A stretch of DNA of 64,000 nucleotides from an uncultured SAR116 cluster alpha proteobacterium (GTDB lineage Bacteria; Pseudomonadota; Alphaproteobacteria; Puniceispirillales; Marisalimonadaceae): positions 70,048 to 134,047 of the forward strand of contig CABYED010000003.1 of assembly GCA_902517815.1 (NCBI GenBank), read 5' to 3'. Position numbers and translations under genes: made by a program. The notes beneath the pieces are model-generated. The model was not told the origin of the DNA. It was given only the letters and a program-made list of their open reading frames with translations, and ran no database searches. This document shows, in pieces, positions 1 to 10,040 of this stretch; the stretch's first letter is position 1, and every line of letters begins with the position of its first letter.

Positions 1-13
1 TATAAAATAATAA

Positions 14-1441
14 TTATAAAAACTTGCTAACGTCAGGAAGTTGAGGCTCTCCCAAATAATTTTCTAAAGCTAGAGCAATTTCAACTGCTTGTTCATCTTT
101 GTTTTTACCGCATATGATTTGTAAACCAATTGGTAATGTTTTGTTATTTTTATTATTTAATAAGTTATGAATGGGAAAAGAAATTCCACATAATCCAAAA
201 ATATTTACAGGTTGTGTGTTTGCTGATGCAAGAAGGCTTCTTTCGTGAAGTTCTCCACCTATTGTTGATTTATCAACTTCAAGGGCCTGCATTACAGTTG
301 TAGGTGATATAAGAGCATCATATTTTGAAAAATATCTACTAGCTATATGTTCTAGCTCTAAATGTCTGTTTTTGGCTTCAATATATTCAAATGAAGATAC
401 ACTAAGACCCAACTTGGCTCTATTTCCAGTAACAGGGTCCATTTTTTCAACGTTCTTGATAAATCTATCTTTCCCAAATGCACTTACAATTTCTGATCCT
501 ACAATTACTGGAAACAAAGTAGCTTTTTCATTAGATTCAGGAATTATAACTTCTTCTATATTTGCACCTAATTTTTGAAGTTTACTAGAAATGATTTCAT
601 ATGCTTCTTCGACTTCTGTATCTAAGTTTGATGTAAAGGGTTCTTTAAGTTTTCCAAAAGTCAAACCATCAAGTTTTATGGGAGTTAGATCTTTGGTCGT
701 GCCGTTATATGTATTAAAAATTAATTTTGTATCTTTTACATTTCTTGCTAAAGGTCCTGGAGTATCTAAAGTAGGTGATAATGGAAAAATCCCATCGGTT
801 GGCCACCTATTTTTTGTTGTTTTTAATCCAACTATACCATTAATCGAAGCAGGAATTCTTACTGAACCACCAGTATCTGTTCCAATGGCAAAAGCAGCAA
901 GACCAGAAGCAACAGCTACAGCAGAACCACTACTTGATCCTCCTGGCATCCTGTGAATATTTTCATCCCATGGGTTTTTAGGGGTGCCTTTATATTTATT
1001 TAACCCAGTTGCACCCAGGGCAAATTCAACAGTATGGGTTTTACCTAAAATAACACAACCAAGAGATTTTAATCTTTTAACAAGACTTCCTTCTTGTCCA
1101 GTTATATCATCACTTTTTATCTGAGAACCATTTGTTGTTGGCATTTCATTTACAGAACAAATATCTTTAATTGCTATAGGTATACCCATTAGAGGTCCTA
1201 AATCAACACCGCAAGCAAATAGTTTGTCTATTCCATCTGCCCAAATGAGTCCTTGCTCTTCATTTGTGTAGATATAAGCATGAAGGTGTGGATTTAAAAT
1301 TCTTATTCTTTCATAGTAAATTGATGTAACTTCTTTACAGCTTAATAAACCATCTCTAAACTTCTTACCTAATTCTTCTATTGAAATGCCGTTGAGAGGG
1401 TCATTTGGTAAATTTATTTTTGAACTTTTCATTGAAATCAC
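14..1441 (-). CDS. Amidase-signature family amidase (GatA-like fold, substrate unknown)
   Basis: 475 aa ORF with KD, PGGSSSGSAVAV and GTDTGGSVRIPA amidase-signature motifs (Lys-cisSer-Ser triad). Confidence 0.85.
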   Translation of the reverse strand: MISMKSSKINLPNDPLNGISIEELGKKFRDGLLSCKEVTSIYYERIRILNPHLHAYIYTNEEQGLIWADGIDKLFACGVDLGPLMGIPIAIKDICSVNEMPTTNGSQIKSDDITGQEGSLVKRLKSLGCVILGKTHTVEFALGATGLNKYKGTPKNPWDENIHRMPGGSSSGSAVAVASGLAAFAIGTDTGGSVRIPASINGIVGLKTTKNRWPTDGIFPLSPTLDTPGPLARNVKDTKLIFNTYNGTTKDLTPIKLDGLTFGKLKEPFTSNLDTEVEEAYEIISSKLQKLGANIEEVIIPESNEKATLFPVIVGSEIVSAFGKDRFIKNVEKMDPVTGNRAKLGLSVSSFEYIEAKNRHLELEHIASRYFSKYDALISPTTVMQALEVDKSTIGGELHERSLLASANTQPVNIFGLCGISFPIHNLLNNKNNKTLPIGLQIICGKNKDEQAVEIALALENYLGEPQLPDVSKFL

Positions 1442-1443
1442 CC

Positions 1444-1842
1444 TTAATTTTTAAATTGATTTTTCATTGAACCAAAAATTCCTTTTAATCTTGGTGATGT
1501 GGAACAATCAGCTTCTAAGATCATTTTTTTTTCTACAGGAATGTGGATACCAACGTAGCGTACAGATTTATATTTTGGGTTAGATATGAGTTGTACTTTT
1601 CTATCTGATTTTAATCTATACCTTGCTACTCCTTTTTTGAATGGGAAAATTATGTCTGTACCTGGAACTGCAACTGCAAAACTATCATCATCAACAGAGC
1701 ATTTATTATTTAAAGTAATTGTAACAGAAATCACTTCTACAGGTTTAAAAGCTTGTTGAATATTAGGCATACCAAACCACAACATTAGCCCAATAACACT
1801 AATTCCTGAGAGAAAAAAAATAATTTTAGTTAAAAAACGCAT
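1444..1842 (-). CDS. Hypothetical protein with N-terminal membrane anchor or signal
   Basis: 132 aa ORF, hydrophobic N-terminus, ends 2 nt before the amidase start on the same strand. Confidence 0.6.
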   Translation of the reverse strand: MRFLTKIIFFLSGISVIGLMLWFGMPNIQQAFKPVEVISVTITLNNKCSVDDDSFAVAVPGTDIIFPFKKGVARYRLKSDRKVQLISNPKYKSVRYVGIHIPVEKKMILEADCSTSPRLKGIFGSMKNQFKN

Positions 1843-1953
1843 TGATACCTTAAAATAAACATATTACATCTTATCGTTAAGTTAATTATACCAAATTTAT
1901 AGCCGAAGTAATTAATTTTTAGATAATATTTTTAGGACGAATTGAAAAAAATT

Positions 1954-3141
1954 ATGCGAAACGAATTTGATAGAATTAAAAGATTGCCCCCATACGTCTT
2001 TGCTGAGGTAAATAATCTAAAAGCTAAGCTAAGATCCAAAGGTAAAGATATAATTGACTTTGGAATGGGAAATCCTGATATGCCAACACCAAAGCATATC
2101 AGGGAAAAATTAAAAGCAACTGTAGAAAGACCTGGCACAGGAAGATATTCTACTAGTAAAGGTATAAATGGGTTGAGAAAAGCACAGGCTGCTTACTATA
2201 AAAGGCGTTTTGATGTTAAATTAGATCCTGAAGATGAAGTAATCGTTACTTTGGGATCAAAAGAAGGTCTAGCTAACTTGGCCCAAGCAATAACATCACC
2301 TGGAGATATAATACTTTCTCCAAACCCCTCATATCCTATTCATCCATATGGATTTATAATTGCAGGTGCTTCATTACGTCATTTGCTAGCCATGGATAAT
2401 GGAGTTTTTAACCCTGAATTATATTTGGAAAGATTAGAACGATCTATAATGGAGAGTGTGCCGGCTCCGGTTGCGGTTATAGTATCTTTCCCCTCAAATC
2501 CAACTGCGCAAGTTGTATCTTTAGAATTTTATAAAGAAGTCGTTAAAATTGCTCTTAAGTATAATGTATATATTTTATCTGATCTCGCATATGCAGAAAT
2601 ATATTATGATAATTCCCCACCTCCTTCAATTCTTCAAATACCAAAGGCAAAAGAAGTAGCAGTAGAGTTTACATCTATGTCTAAAACCTATGCCATGGCT
2701 GGTTGGAGAATTGGCTTTGCAGTTGGTAATGTAAGGTTAATCAACGCGCTTACCAGAATTAAATCTTATTTAGATTATGGTGCTTTTACTCCTGTTCAAG
2801 TTGCAGCTGCAGCAGCTTTAAATGGACCTCAAGATTGTGTTAAAGAGATAAGAAATACTTATCAAAAGAGAAGAGATGTTCTTATAAATTCTATGGCAAG
2901 GGCTGGATGGAAAATTCCAAGTCCAAAAGCTAGTATGTTTGCATGGGCTCCAATCCCAGATAGATATAAAGATAAAGGATCTTTAGAGTTTGCAAAAGAA
3001 TTAATGCTAAAAGCAGATGTTGCAGTTTCCCCAGGTGTGGCTTTTGGTGAATTTGGTGAAGGTTTCGTTAGGGTTGGTCTAGTAGAGAACGAACAAAGGA
3101 TTAAACAAGCTGCTAAAAACATAAAAAAATTGTTATTATAG
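1954..3141 (+). CDS. PLP class I/II aminotransferase, AlaC/LL-DAP-aminotransferase-like
   Basis: RIKRLPPYVF, DFGMGNPD, SDLAY and SMSKTYAMAGWRIG (PLP lysine). ATG at 1954 preferred over TTG at 1942. Confidence 0.85.
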   Translation: MRNEFDRIKRLPPYVFAEVNNLKAKLRSKGKDIIDFGMGNPDMPTPKHIREKLKATVERPGTGRYSTSKGINGLRKAQAAYYKRRFDVKLDPEDEVIVTLGSKEGLANLAQAITSPGDIILSPNPSYPIHPYGFIIAGASLRHLLAMDNGVFNPELYLERLERSIMESVPAPVAVIVSFPSNPTAQVVSLEFYKEVVKIALKYNVYILSDLAYAEIYYDNSPPPSILQIPKAKEVAVEFTSMSKTYAMAGWRIGFAVGNVRLINALTRIKSYLDYGAFTPVQVAAAAALNGPQDCVKEIRNTYQKRRDVLINSMARAGWKIPSPKASMFAWAPIPDRYKDKGSLEFAKELMLKADVAVSPGVAFGEFGEGFVRVGLVENEQRIKQAAKNIKKLLL

Positions 3142-3200
3142 CTTTCGCTATACTAATTCATTTATATACTAAAATAATAATGAAAATAGCGTATGATTAA

Positions 3201-3986
3201 CTATGTCACTACATCTCTTTTTTGACCAAAATAAATTCGACCAAAAACAATTATCAATCCAATAATTCCACCGAATATTGATGAAATAACATAAACTAGC
3301 TTATTTCTAGGTGAAACTTTTGCGGGTACAGTGGGTCGATGAATATTGAATACATTTCTCCCCAACTGAATGCTGGTTATAAACCTATCATTTGGTAACG
3401 TTTCGGCAATAAAGTACCGTTCAGACATAGGATGATCCTTAACTTTTGATGATATAAGTTTCAATTCTTTTTTAGTTCTTAAAACATATTCTTTTTCTAG
3501 CAACTTTTTTATGTAATGATTGTAATTGTAAAAATCGTTTAAAATTGAAAGATCATTTGTCTTAATAAGAAAATTAACTTTATCAAGTTCTTGGGACATT
3601 TCGATCAATAAACTATTCCTATGTTTATCTGTTAATTCAGTGCCGTCTATAATAATTGTTTCAGAAATATTATTAAAATCCAGTGATTTTTTCTTTAAAT
3701 TATTTTTCCAATTATCGAAATTTTTTTTTGATAATAAATAATTTTTGAAATCAGCTGTTGCTAATGTTTTACCTTTTTGAGAATTACCGCCATAAAAAGG
3801 TGGATTATTTTCAATTTCTATTTTTAATTTTGACGCATAAACAGGATTTTTGAATTTAATATAAAGAAAACCTAATAAAATTCCAATCAACATAAAAGAG
3901 ATTATAAAAAATTTCCCTTTCCATATTGTTTTGAAAATTTCAATTAGATCAATCTCATCATTGTGAGTTGAAAAATTTTTAGACAT
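3201..3986 (-). CDS. wzz: Wzz-like polysaccharide chain-length determinant
   Basis: DEIDLIEIFKTIWKGK start, N-terminal TM, Pro-rich PTVPAKVSPR before a C-terminal TM. Confidence 0.75.
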   Translation of the reverse strand: MSKNFSTHNDEIDLIEIFKTIWKGKFFIISFMLIGILLGFLYIKFKNPVYASKLKIEIENNPPFYGGNSQKGKTLATADFKNYLLSKKNFDNWKNNLKKKSLDFNNISETIIIDGTELTDKHRNSLLIEMSQELDKVNFLIKTNDLSILNDFYNYNHYIKKLLEKEYVLRTKKELKLISSKVKDHPMSERYFIAETLPNDRFITSIQLGRNVFNIHRPTVPAKVSPRNKLVYVISSIFGGIIGLIIVFGRIYFGQKRDVVT

Positions 3987-4155
3987 TTTGGTTTTAACCT
4001 TATCACTTTGATTTAAAATACTTCTATCTAAACATTACGAACATATAATAGATGATTTAATTCTACAACTAGTTTGATGGTCAAAATAAATATAGAGAAA
4101 ATATATTCACTTATGAAATTTCCTTAGGTAAAACTAAAAAAAGGATAATAAAAAA

Positions 4156-5763
4156 ATGAATAAAATCTTAATTGGGAACAAGGTACGAGATTTTTCAAAA
4201 ATTGGAAGATCGAATGTATTGAGTTCAAATGTAATGTTAGCATCATCTCACCCAACGGCTGCATCAGTTGGGATTGAAATATTAAAAAATGGAGGCAATG
4301 CAGTTGATGCAGCAATTGCTATGAATGCAATTCTTTGTATTGCTGAGCCACACATGACAGGAGTTGGTGGCGACTGTTTTGTGATGCTATCTGCTGACGG
4401 TAGTACAAATATTAAAGCTCTTAATGGTTCTGGAAAATCTTCTTCAAATGCTAGGGCGAGTAATCTTCGTAAAAAACAATTATCAGTGATTACTCCAGAA
4501 ATGCCCGACGCTATTACAATACCAGGAGCTGTTGCTGCATGGAGTTTGCTCCATAAAGAGCATGGTTACATGCCCTGGAAAGAACTTTTTGGTCCAGCCA
4601 TTTACTTTGCAGCTCAAGGCATAAAAGTTCATGAGAGAGTGGCGCTTGATTGGTCAAAAAACATACAAAAATTATCTTTGGATTCTGACACATCCAAGCT
4701 TTTCCTTAAAAATGGGAAATCATTCAATTTCATGGATGATTTTAAGAATGAAAACTTATCAGAAACATTTCGAACAATTGCTCAAGAAGGCCGGAATGGT
4801 TTTTATCATGGGTGGGTTGCTAATGACATGTTCAAAAAACTTGAATCAATTGGTGGAAATCATACCTTAAAGGATTTTAGTAACACAACCGCTGAATGGG
4901 TAAAGCCTATTTATTCAGATTACAGAGGGTTTTGTGTCCATGAATGCCCACCTAATGGCCAAGGTTTGGTTGCATTAATTATTTTATCAATACTTGAAAA
5001 ATTTGATTTACAAAATATGTGTAAAGCTGACTACATGCACATATTTTGTGAGGCAACAAAAATAGGATATTTTCTAAGAGATGAGTATCTTGCAGATCCA
5101 GAACTAAACAAACTATCAGTTGGTTGTTTCCTAAATTCAAATTTGTTGGATCAATATGCGTCCTCCATTGATATGAAAAAAGCAAAGATTTATAGTTTAA
5201 GTGATTTTCCAGATCATCCTGATACAATTTACCTTACTGTAAGAGATAAAAATGGAATGACGATTTCATTCATCAACTCTCTCTTTGATGCCTTTGGCAG
5301 TGGTATTACAGCTCCTAAAAGTGGTGTTCTTTTTCATTGTAGAGGTAGAGCCTTTAATACTGTTGATGGTCATCCCAATGAGTTAAATCCAAATAAAAGG
5401 CCAGTGCATACCATTATCCCTGCTATGATTTCAAAAAATAATAAATTGATAGGTTCATTTGGTGTCATGGGTGGTCACTACCAAGCTGCTGGTCACGCTT
5501 ATGTTTTATCGCAAATGATTGATTTTGGTTTAAATCCACAACTTGCTCTAAATCATCCCCGTATTTTTCCTAATAATAATATCTTAGATATTGAAGAAAA
5601 TTTTGACTTAAATTTAATAAATAAATTAGAGTTAAAGGGGCACAAAATTAATTATCCAGCACCGCCTATAGGTGGTGGTCAAATGATTTTAATAGATGAG
5701 GAAAAAGATTTGTTAATTGGTGCAAGTGATTGGCGTAAGGATGGTCTTGCAATAGGATATTAA
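4156..5763 (+). CDS. ggt: Gamma-glutamyltransferase family protein
   Basis: GGNAVDAAIA, GVGGDCF, nucleophile DTIYLTV, FGSG, RPVHTIIP, GVMGG, ASDWRKDG. Confidence 0.9.
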   Translation: MNKILIGNKVRDFSKIGRSNVLSSNVMLASSHPTAASVGIEILKNGGNAVDAAIAMNAILCIAEPHMTGVGGDCFVMLSADGSTNIKALNGSGKSSSNARASNLRKKQLSVITPEMPDAITIPGAVAAWSLLHKEHGYMPWKELFGPAIYFAAQGIKVHERVALDWSKNIQKLSLDSDTSKLFLKNGKSFNFMDDFKNENLSETFRTIAQEGRNGFYHGWVANDMFKKLESIGGNHTLKDFSNTTAEWVKPIYSDYRGFCVHECPPNGQGLVALIILSILEKFDLQNMCKADYMHIFCEATKIGYFLRDEYLADPELNKLSVGCFLNSNLLDQYASSIDMKKAKIYSLSDFPDHPDTIYLTVRDKNGMTISFINSLFDAFGSGITAPKSGVLFHCRGRAFNTVDGHPNELNPNKRPVHTIIPAMISKNNKLIGSFGVMGGHYQAAGHAYVLSQMIDFGLNPQLALNHPRIFPNNNILDIEENFDLNLINKLELKGHKINYPAPPIGGGQMILIDEEKDLLIGASDWRKDGLAIGY

Positions 5764-5764
5764 T

Positions 5765-6679
5765 CTACTTTTTCTTAATTTCTCGGTATGTGATTAAAAG
5801 ACAAGAGCTAATTACAACTAAGCCACCAATAACTTGGTTGTATGTTGGTGTCTCACTCCAAATTATAAATCCAAAAAGCGTGGCTAATGGAATTGCCAAA
5901 TATCTTAGTGTTACTAAAATTGTAGCCTCTGCATATTTATAACTTTGGGCCATAAGATATTGTACAAATGAACCTATCATTCCAAGCGTGATCAAAGTAT
6001 AGAATATGTTGTTAGGCGTTATTAAAATTTCTATTCCATAATCGCCTGTTTTTCCATAGAACTTTGTTCCAAAAAAAATAATAGTAAAAGTGATAACTAT
6101 AGAAGTTACTAGATTATGAATTAGAGCTGTAGTGGCAGGATGTTCTGTTTTACCAATTTTTCTTAATATAAGAGCAAGCGCTGCGTGTGTTAATGCACTT
6201 CCAAATGCAAGGTATACACCTAATGCAGATAATTCTGATGTCTCATTAATAATACTGATTGGATTTATCATTAAAAAAACACCAATTAATCCAAATATAA
6301 CCGCTGACCATCTAACTAGTCCTATTTTTTCTCCTAAGACAATTGGAGATAAAAGAGTTACATATATTGCAGAGCTCTGAGCAAGAGCTGTAGTAAGTCC
6401 AATAGGAATTAGTTGTAGAGAAGAAAAAACCATTATCATAGTGACGAAACCAAAAAATGATCGTAAAGCAATGTTTCTCCAATTATTCACTTGAAACAAA
6501 AGCGATTTTCTAGCCACGTAGGCTAAAATAAATAAAATGGGTAATGAATATGCAAACCTAGAAAATAGAGTAATAATAAAATCCACTTCACCTGATAGAG
6601 ACTTGATTATCATGTGAGTAAATAGCGATAAAAATATAAATATGATCCAAATGAGAGAACCAATTATATTTGAAGACAT
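5765..6679 (-). CDS. DMT/EamA family transporter
   Basis: 304 aa, about 10 TM segments, LGEKIGLVRW motif. Confidence 0.85.
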   Translation of the reverse strand: MSSNIIGSLIWIIFIFLSLFTHMIIKSLSGEVDFIITLFSRFAYSLPILFILAYVARKSLLFQVNNWRNIALRSFFGFVTMIMVFSSLQLIPIGLTTALAQSSAIYVTLLSPIVLGEKIGLVRWSAVIFGLIGVFLMINPISIINETSELSALGVYLAFGSALTHAALALILRKIGKTEHPATTALIHNLVTSIVITFTIIFFGTKFYGKTGDYGIEILITPNNIFYTLITLGMIGSFVQYLMAQSYKYAEATILVTLRYLAIPLATLFGFIIWSETPTYNQVIGGLVVISSCLLITYREIKKK

Positions 6680-6783
6680 ATTAGGCCAAATAATAAAATG
6701 AACTTGAAAAATTAAATATTAAAGAATAACAATAAATTTCACAATCGAATAAATTATAGTTCCATCTAAAAGGATAAAATTAA

Positions 6784-8256
6784 ATGAAAAAAACAGTTAT
6801 AATTGTTGGCTCTGGTAACGCTGCTTTATCTGCAGGTATAGCCGCTTTAGAAAAGGGCGCAGATGTAACTATTTATGAAAAAGCAGACAAAAAAATGGCT
6901 GGTGGAAACACTAAGTATACAGCTGGTGCAATGCGATTTGCATATGACAATAGTAATCAATTGATGGGTCTATTAAAAAACCCTAATGATAAAAAACTTA
7001 AGGACACAGATTTTGGTTCTTACACTCAAGAAAAATTTGAAAAAGACTTGTTAAACTTTAATGACGGTCGACCACTAAGTCGTGAGCAAAAAATTTTGGT
7101 TTCTAAATCATTAGAGACAATAAGGTGGCTTTCTTCACATAATGTTAAATTTGAACCAATTTATTCAAGGCAAAGCTTTTTGAAAAATGGTAAGCATATT
7201 TTTTGGGGAGGGTTAACACTTGCATCACAAAACGAAGGTGTTGGTTTGTTTGATCAAGAATTAGCAGCATTTTTAGCATTAGGTGGAAAAATTTTTTACC
7301 AAAGCCCTGTTACAAATCTTTTTTATGAAGCTGGAGTGGTGAAAGGAGTTTATGTGAATGATGAAAAAGTAATTGCTGACGCAGTTATTTTAGCATCAGG
7401 CGGCTTTGAGGCTAATGATGAACTTCGAAAATCCTATATTGGCAAAAATTGGCTAAAGGCCAAAGTAAGGGGAACTCCTTACAATACAGGAGATGGACTG
7501 AAGATGGCCCTAGAAATTGGTGCTACCAAACATGGTTTATATGATGGCTGCCACGCCACTCCTATGGATTTACATATGAAAAATTATGGAGGTCTGGATT
7601 TAGAGCCAAGTGAGAGAAAAAATTACAGAAAAATATGCTATTTTTTAGGAATAATGGTTAACGCAAAAGGTAAAAGATTTTTGGATGAAGGTAAAAACTT
7701 TAGAAACTACACATATGCTCAATATGGGAAAAAAGTTTTAGATCAGCCTGGGCATTTTGCTTGGCAGGTTTTTGATAGTAAGGTTTTTGATTTACTTTAT
7801 GAAGAATATACATTTCATGATGCACATTTTGTTGAATCTGACACTATTGACGAGTTAATAAAAAAAATGGATGGGGTTGATAAAATTGAAACTAAAAAAA
7901 CAATTGAAGAATTTAATAAATCAGTAGATCTAAATACTTTATTTGATCCAACTATTCTTGATGGAAAATCAACTATTGGTCTCGAAATTGAAAAATCTAA
8001 TTGGGCACAGAAAATAGATAAAGGCCCCTTCAGAGCTTTTCCAGTTACTGGTGGTATAACCTTCACATATGGCGGACTAAAGATAGACAAAAATGGGTCG
8101 GTGTTAGATATGAAAGACAAACCTATAAAAGGTTTATTCGCTTGTGGTGAATTAGTAGGAGGTGTTTTTTTTAATGGTTATCCCGGTGGTTCGGGTTTAA
8201 CATCAGGAGCAGTATTTGGAAGGATGGCAGGTTATGGTTCAGTACAACAAGGATAA
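6784..8256 (+). CDS. tcuA: FAD-dependent tricarballylate dehydrogenase TcuA-like flavoprotein
   Basis: VGSGNAAL FAD motif, GGNTKYTAG, ASGGFEAN, RGTPYNTGDG, GITFTYGG, YPGGSGLTSGAVFGR. Confidence 0.75.
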   Translation: MKKTVIIVGSGNAALSAGIAALEKGADVTIYEKADKKMAGGNTKYTAGAMRFAYDNSNQLMGLLKNPNDKKLKDTDFGSYTQEKFEKDLLNFNDGRPLSREQKILVSKSLETIRWLSSHNVKFEPIYSRQSFLKNGKHIFWGGLTLASQNEGVGLFDQELAAFLALGGKIFYQSPVTNLFYEAGVVKGVYVNDEKVIADAVILASGGFEANDELRKSYIGKNWLKAKVRGTPYNTGDGLKMALEIGATKHGLYDGCHATPMDLHMKNYGGLDLEPSERKNYRKICYFLGIMVNAKGKRFLDEGKNFRNYTYAQYGKKVLDQPGHFAWQVFDSKVFDLLYEEYTFHDAHFVESDTIDELIKKMDGVDKIETKKTIEEFNKSVDLNTLFDPTILDGKSTIGLEIEKSNWAQKIDKGPFRAFPVTGGITFTYGGLKIDKNGSVLDMKDKPIKGLFACGELVGGVFFNGYPGGSGLTSGAVFGRMAGYGSVQQG

Positions 8257-8259
8257 AGA

Positions 8260-9216
8260 ATGAAAAAAGTTAAGGTAGCAGTTTTAGATGACTATCAAAA
8301 TGTTACTCATCATTTTGCCAATTGGGAATCACTGAATAAGAAAATAGAGCTTAAAATATTTAATAAATATATTGGAGATGATACTAACTTATCAGAAAAA
8401 CTTTTTGATTATGATGTTTTGTGTTTGATGAGAGAGAGAACTCCACTTCCTGGAATATTAATAAACAAACTTCCAAATTTAAAAATGGTCATTACAAGTG
8501 GAATGTGGAATGCTTCTGTCGATTCAGAAACTTTGAATAAAAGAAATATAATTTATTGTGGTACTGAAACTAAAATTCATTCTACCGCAGAATTAGCATG
8601 GGCTCTAATTATGAATTCTTGGAGAGGGCTGCAGACAGAGATTGAAAATATGAAAGAAGGTAATTGGCAAACTACAATTGGAAGAGGTTTAAAAGGTCAT
8701 ACACTTGGAATATTTGGTCTTGGCAAACAAGGAAAACAAGTTGCTAATTTTGGAAAAGCATTCGGAATGAAGGTTATTGCTTGGAGTCATAATTTAAAAG
8801 AAGAAGATTGTACAAAAATTGGTATTGAGTACGTAAATAGTTCAGATTTATTTAAATTATCAGATATCTTAACAATACATACAAGATTGTCGGATAGAAC
8901 AAAAAGTTTTATTGATTTAAATAAATTTAAAATGATGAAAAAAGAGGCTGTGATCATAAATACTAGTAGAGGTCCAATAATAAAAGAGGTGGATTTAATT
9001 CATTCTTTAAACGATGGAATAATCTCGTTTGCAGCATTGGATGTTTATGATCAAGAACCTTTACCAAAAGATCATATTCTTAGAAAAACAAAAAATTTAA
9101 TTCTTACACCTCATATTGGTTATGTCTCAGAAGAAGCATATGAAAAATTTTTTGGTGGTTACTTAAAAGCGATTGAAGCTTTTATAAATAAAAATCCAAT
9201 TAATCAAATTTCTTGA
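8260..9216 (+). CDS. D-isomer-specific 2-hydroxyacid dehydrogenase
   Basis: VLDDYQ, MRERTP, GLGKQG, INTSRG, DVYDQEP, TPHIGY. Confidence 0.9.
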   Translation: MKKVKVAVLDDYQNVTHHFANWESLNKKIELKIFNKYIGDDTNLSEKLFDYDVLCLMRERTPLPGILINKLPNLKMVITSGMWNASVDSETLNKRNIIYCGTETKIHSTAELAWALIMNSWRGLQTEIENMKEGNWQTTIGRGLKGHTLGIFGLGKQGKQVANFGKAFGMKVIAWSHNLKEEDCTKIGIEYVNSSDLFKLSDILTIHTRLSDRTKSFIDLNKFKMMKKEAVIINTSRGPIIKEVDLIHSLNDGIISFAALDVYDQEPLPKDHILRKTKNLILTPHIGYVSEEAYEKFFGGYLKAIEAFINKNPINQIS

Positions 9217-9218
9217 AA

Positions 9219-9956
9219 TTATAACCAGTTATCTAGAACCCATTGAGGAGTTTTTAATTGTTTATAAATTTTTTTGTAAATTTGTGATTCTTTTACTGGC
9301 CAGACACCATTAACAACGTCATCAGGATCAGGTTTGCCTGTAAAAGCGACTATGCTTGTTTCTTCAGGAAGTTTTGCAGGCTGCCATATTCTCATTGGCC
9401 ACTTGGGAAGAAGATTATGTTTAAAGCTTTTACACCACTCAGATGGCCAAAATGCTTGATCTTTAATTTGGTCACTCAAATATATTTGTTCTATGTGATA
9501 TTTTTTCCAATACTTTTTTGGATTTTTATTAAATTTCTCGAAAATTGAATTATACTTTCCAATTGGAAATCTAAAGCAACTTGTATTTCCAATATTTTGT
9601 CCTATTTGAGTCCAATTTTCAATTACGCAATAAAAGCCTAGCTTGTAGTCAAAAAATCGGTCTAGATTTCCTGTTATTACTAAATCTAGATCTAAAAACA
9701 AAACTTCCCCTTTTAAATTATATAGAGGGGATTGCCACAAACTCATTTTTCTCCATGGTGTAAAAGATATAGCTTCAGGCAAACAAATTTTTGGTAAGGG
9801 TTTACATATTACGTTTTGATCAATATTATTAGAATCATCAGTAAAACAGTAAAGTTGTGTTTTACGTTTAGTATGTTTTTTTATTGATTTGTAAAGTCTA
9901 TTTACGTATTCATAACCGTATTTTGAACCCCATTTCATGCATATGATTGTTTGCAA
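9219..9956 (-). CDS. Putative glycosyltransferase (ICMKWG family, DxD motif)
   Basis: ICMKWGSKYG start, FTDD, LFLDLDLVI DxD motif, FTGKPDP; TTG start. Confidence 0.7.
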   Translation of the reverse strand: MQTIICMKWGSKYGYEYVNRLYKSIKKHTKRKTQLYCFTDDSNNIDQNVICKPLPKICLPEAISFTPWRKMSLWQSPLYNLKGEVLFLDLDLVITGNLDRFFDYKLGFYCVIENWTQIGQNIGNTSCFRFPIGKYNSIFEKFNKNPKKYWKKYHIEQIYLSDQIKDQAFWPSEWCKSFKHNLLPKWPMRIWQPAKLPEETSIVAFTGKPDPDDVVNGVWPVKESQIYKKIYKQLKTPQWVLDNWL

Positions 9957-10040
9957 TTTAAAATCCTACTATAATTAAAGTGTTAAAATAAGAAAAATAA
10001 GTTTAAAACACGATTATTAATTTTACTCACAATATATAAA

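Noticed and set aside
14-1441. gatA
   Set aside because: No gatB or gatC adjacent and GatA-specific motifs not evident; called a generic amidase.
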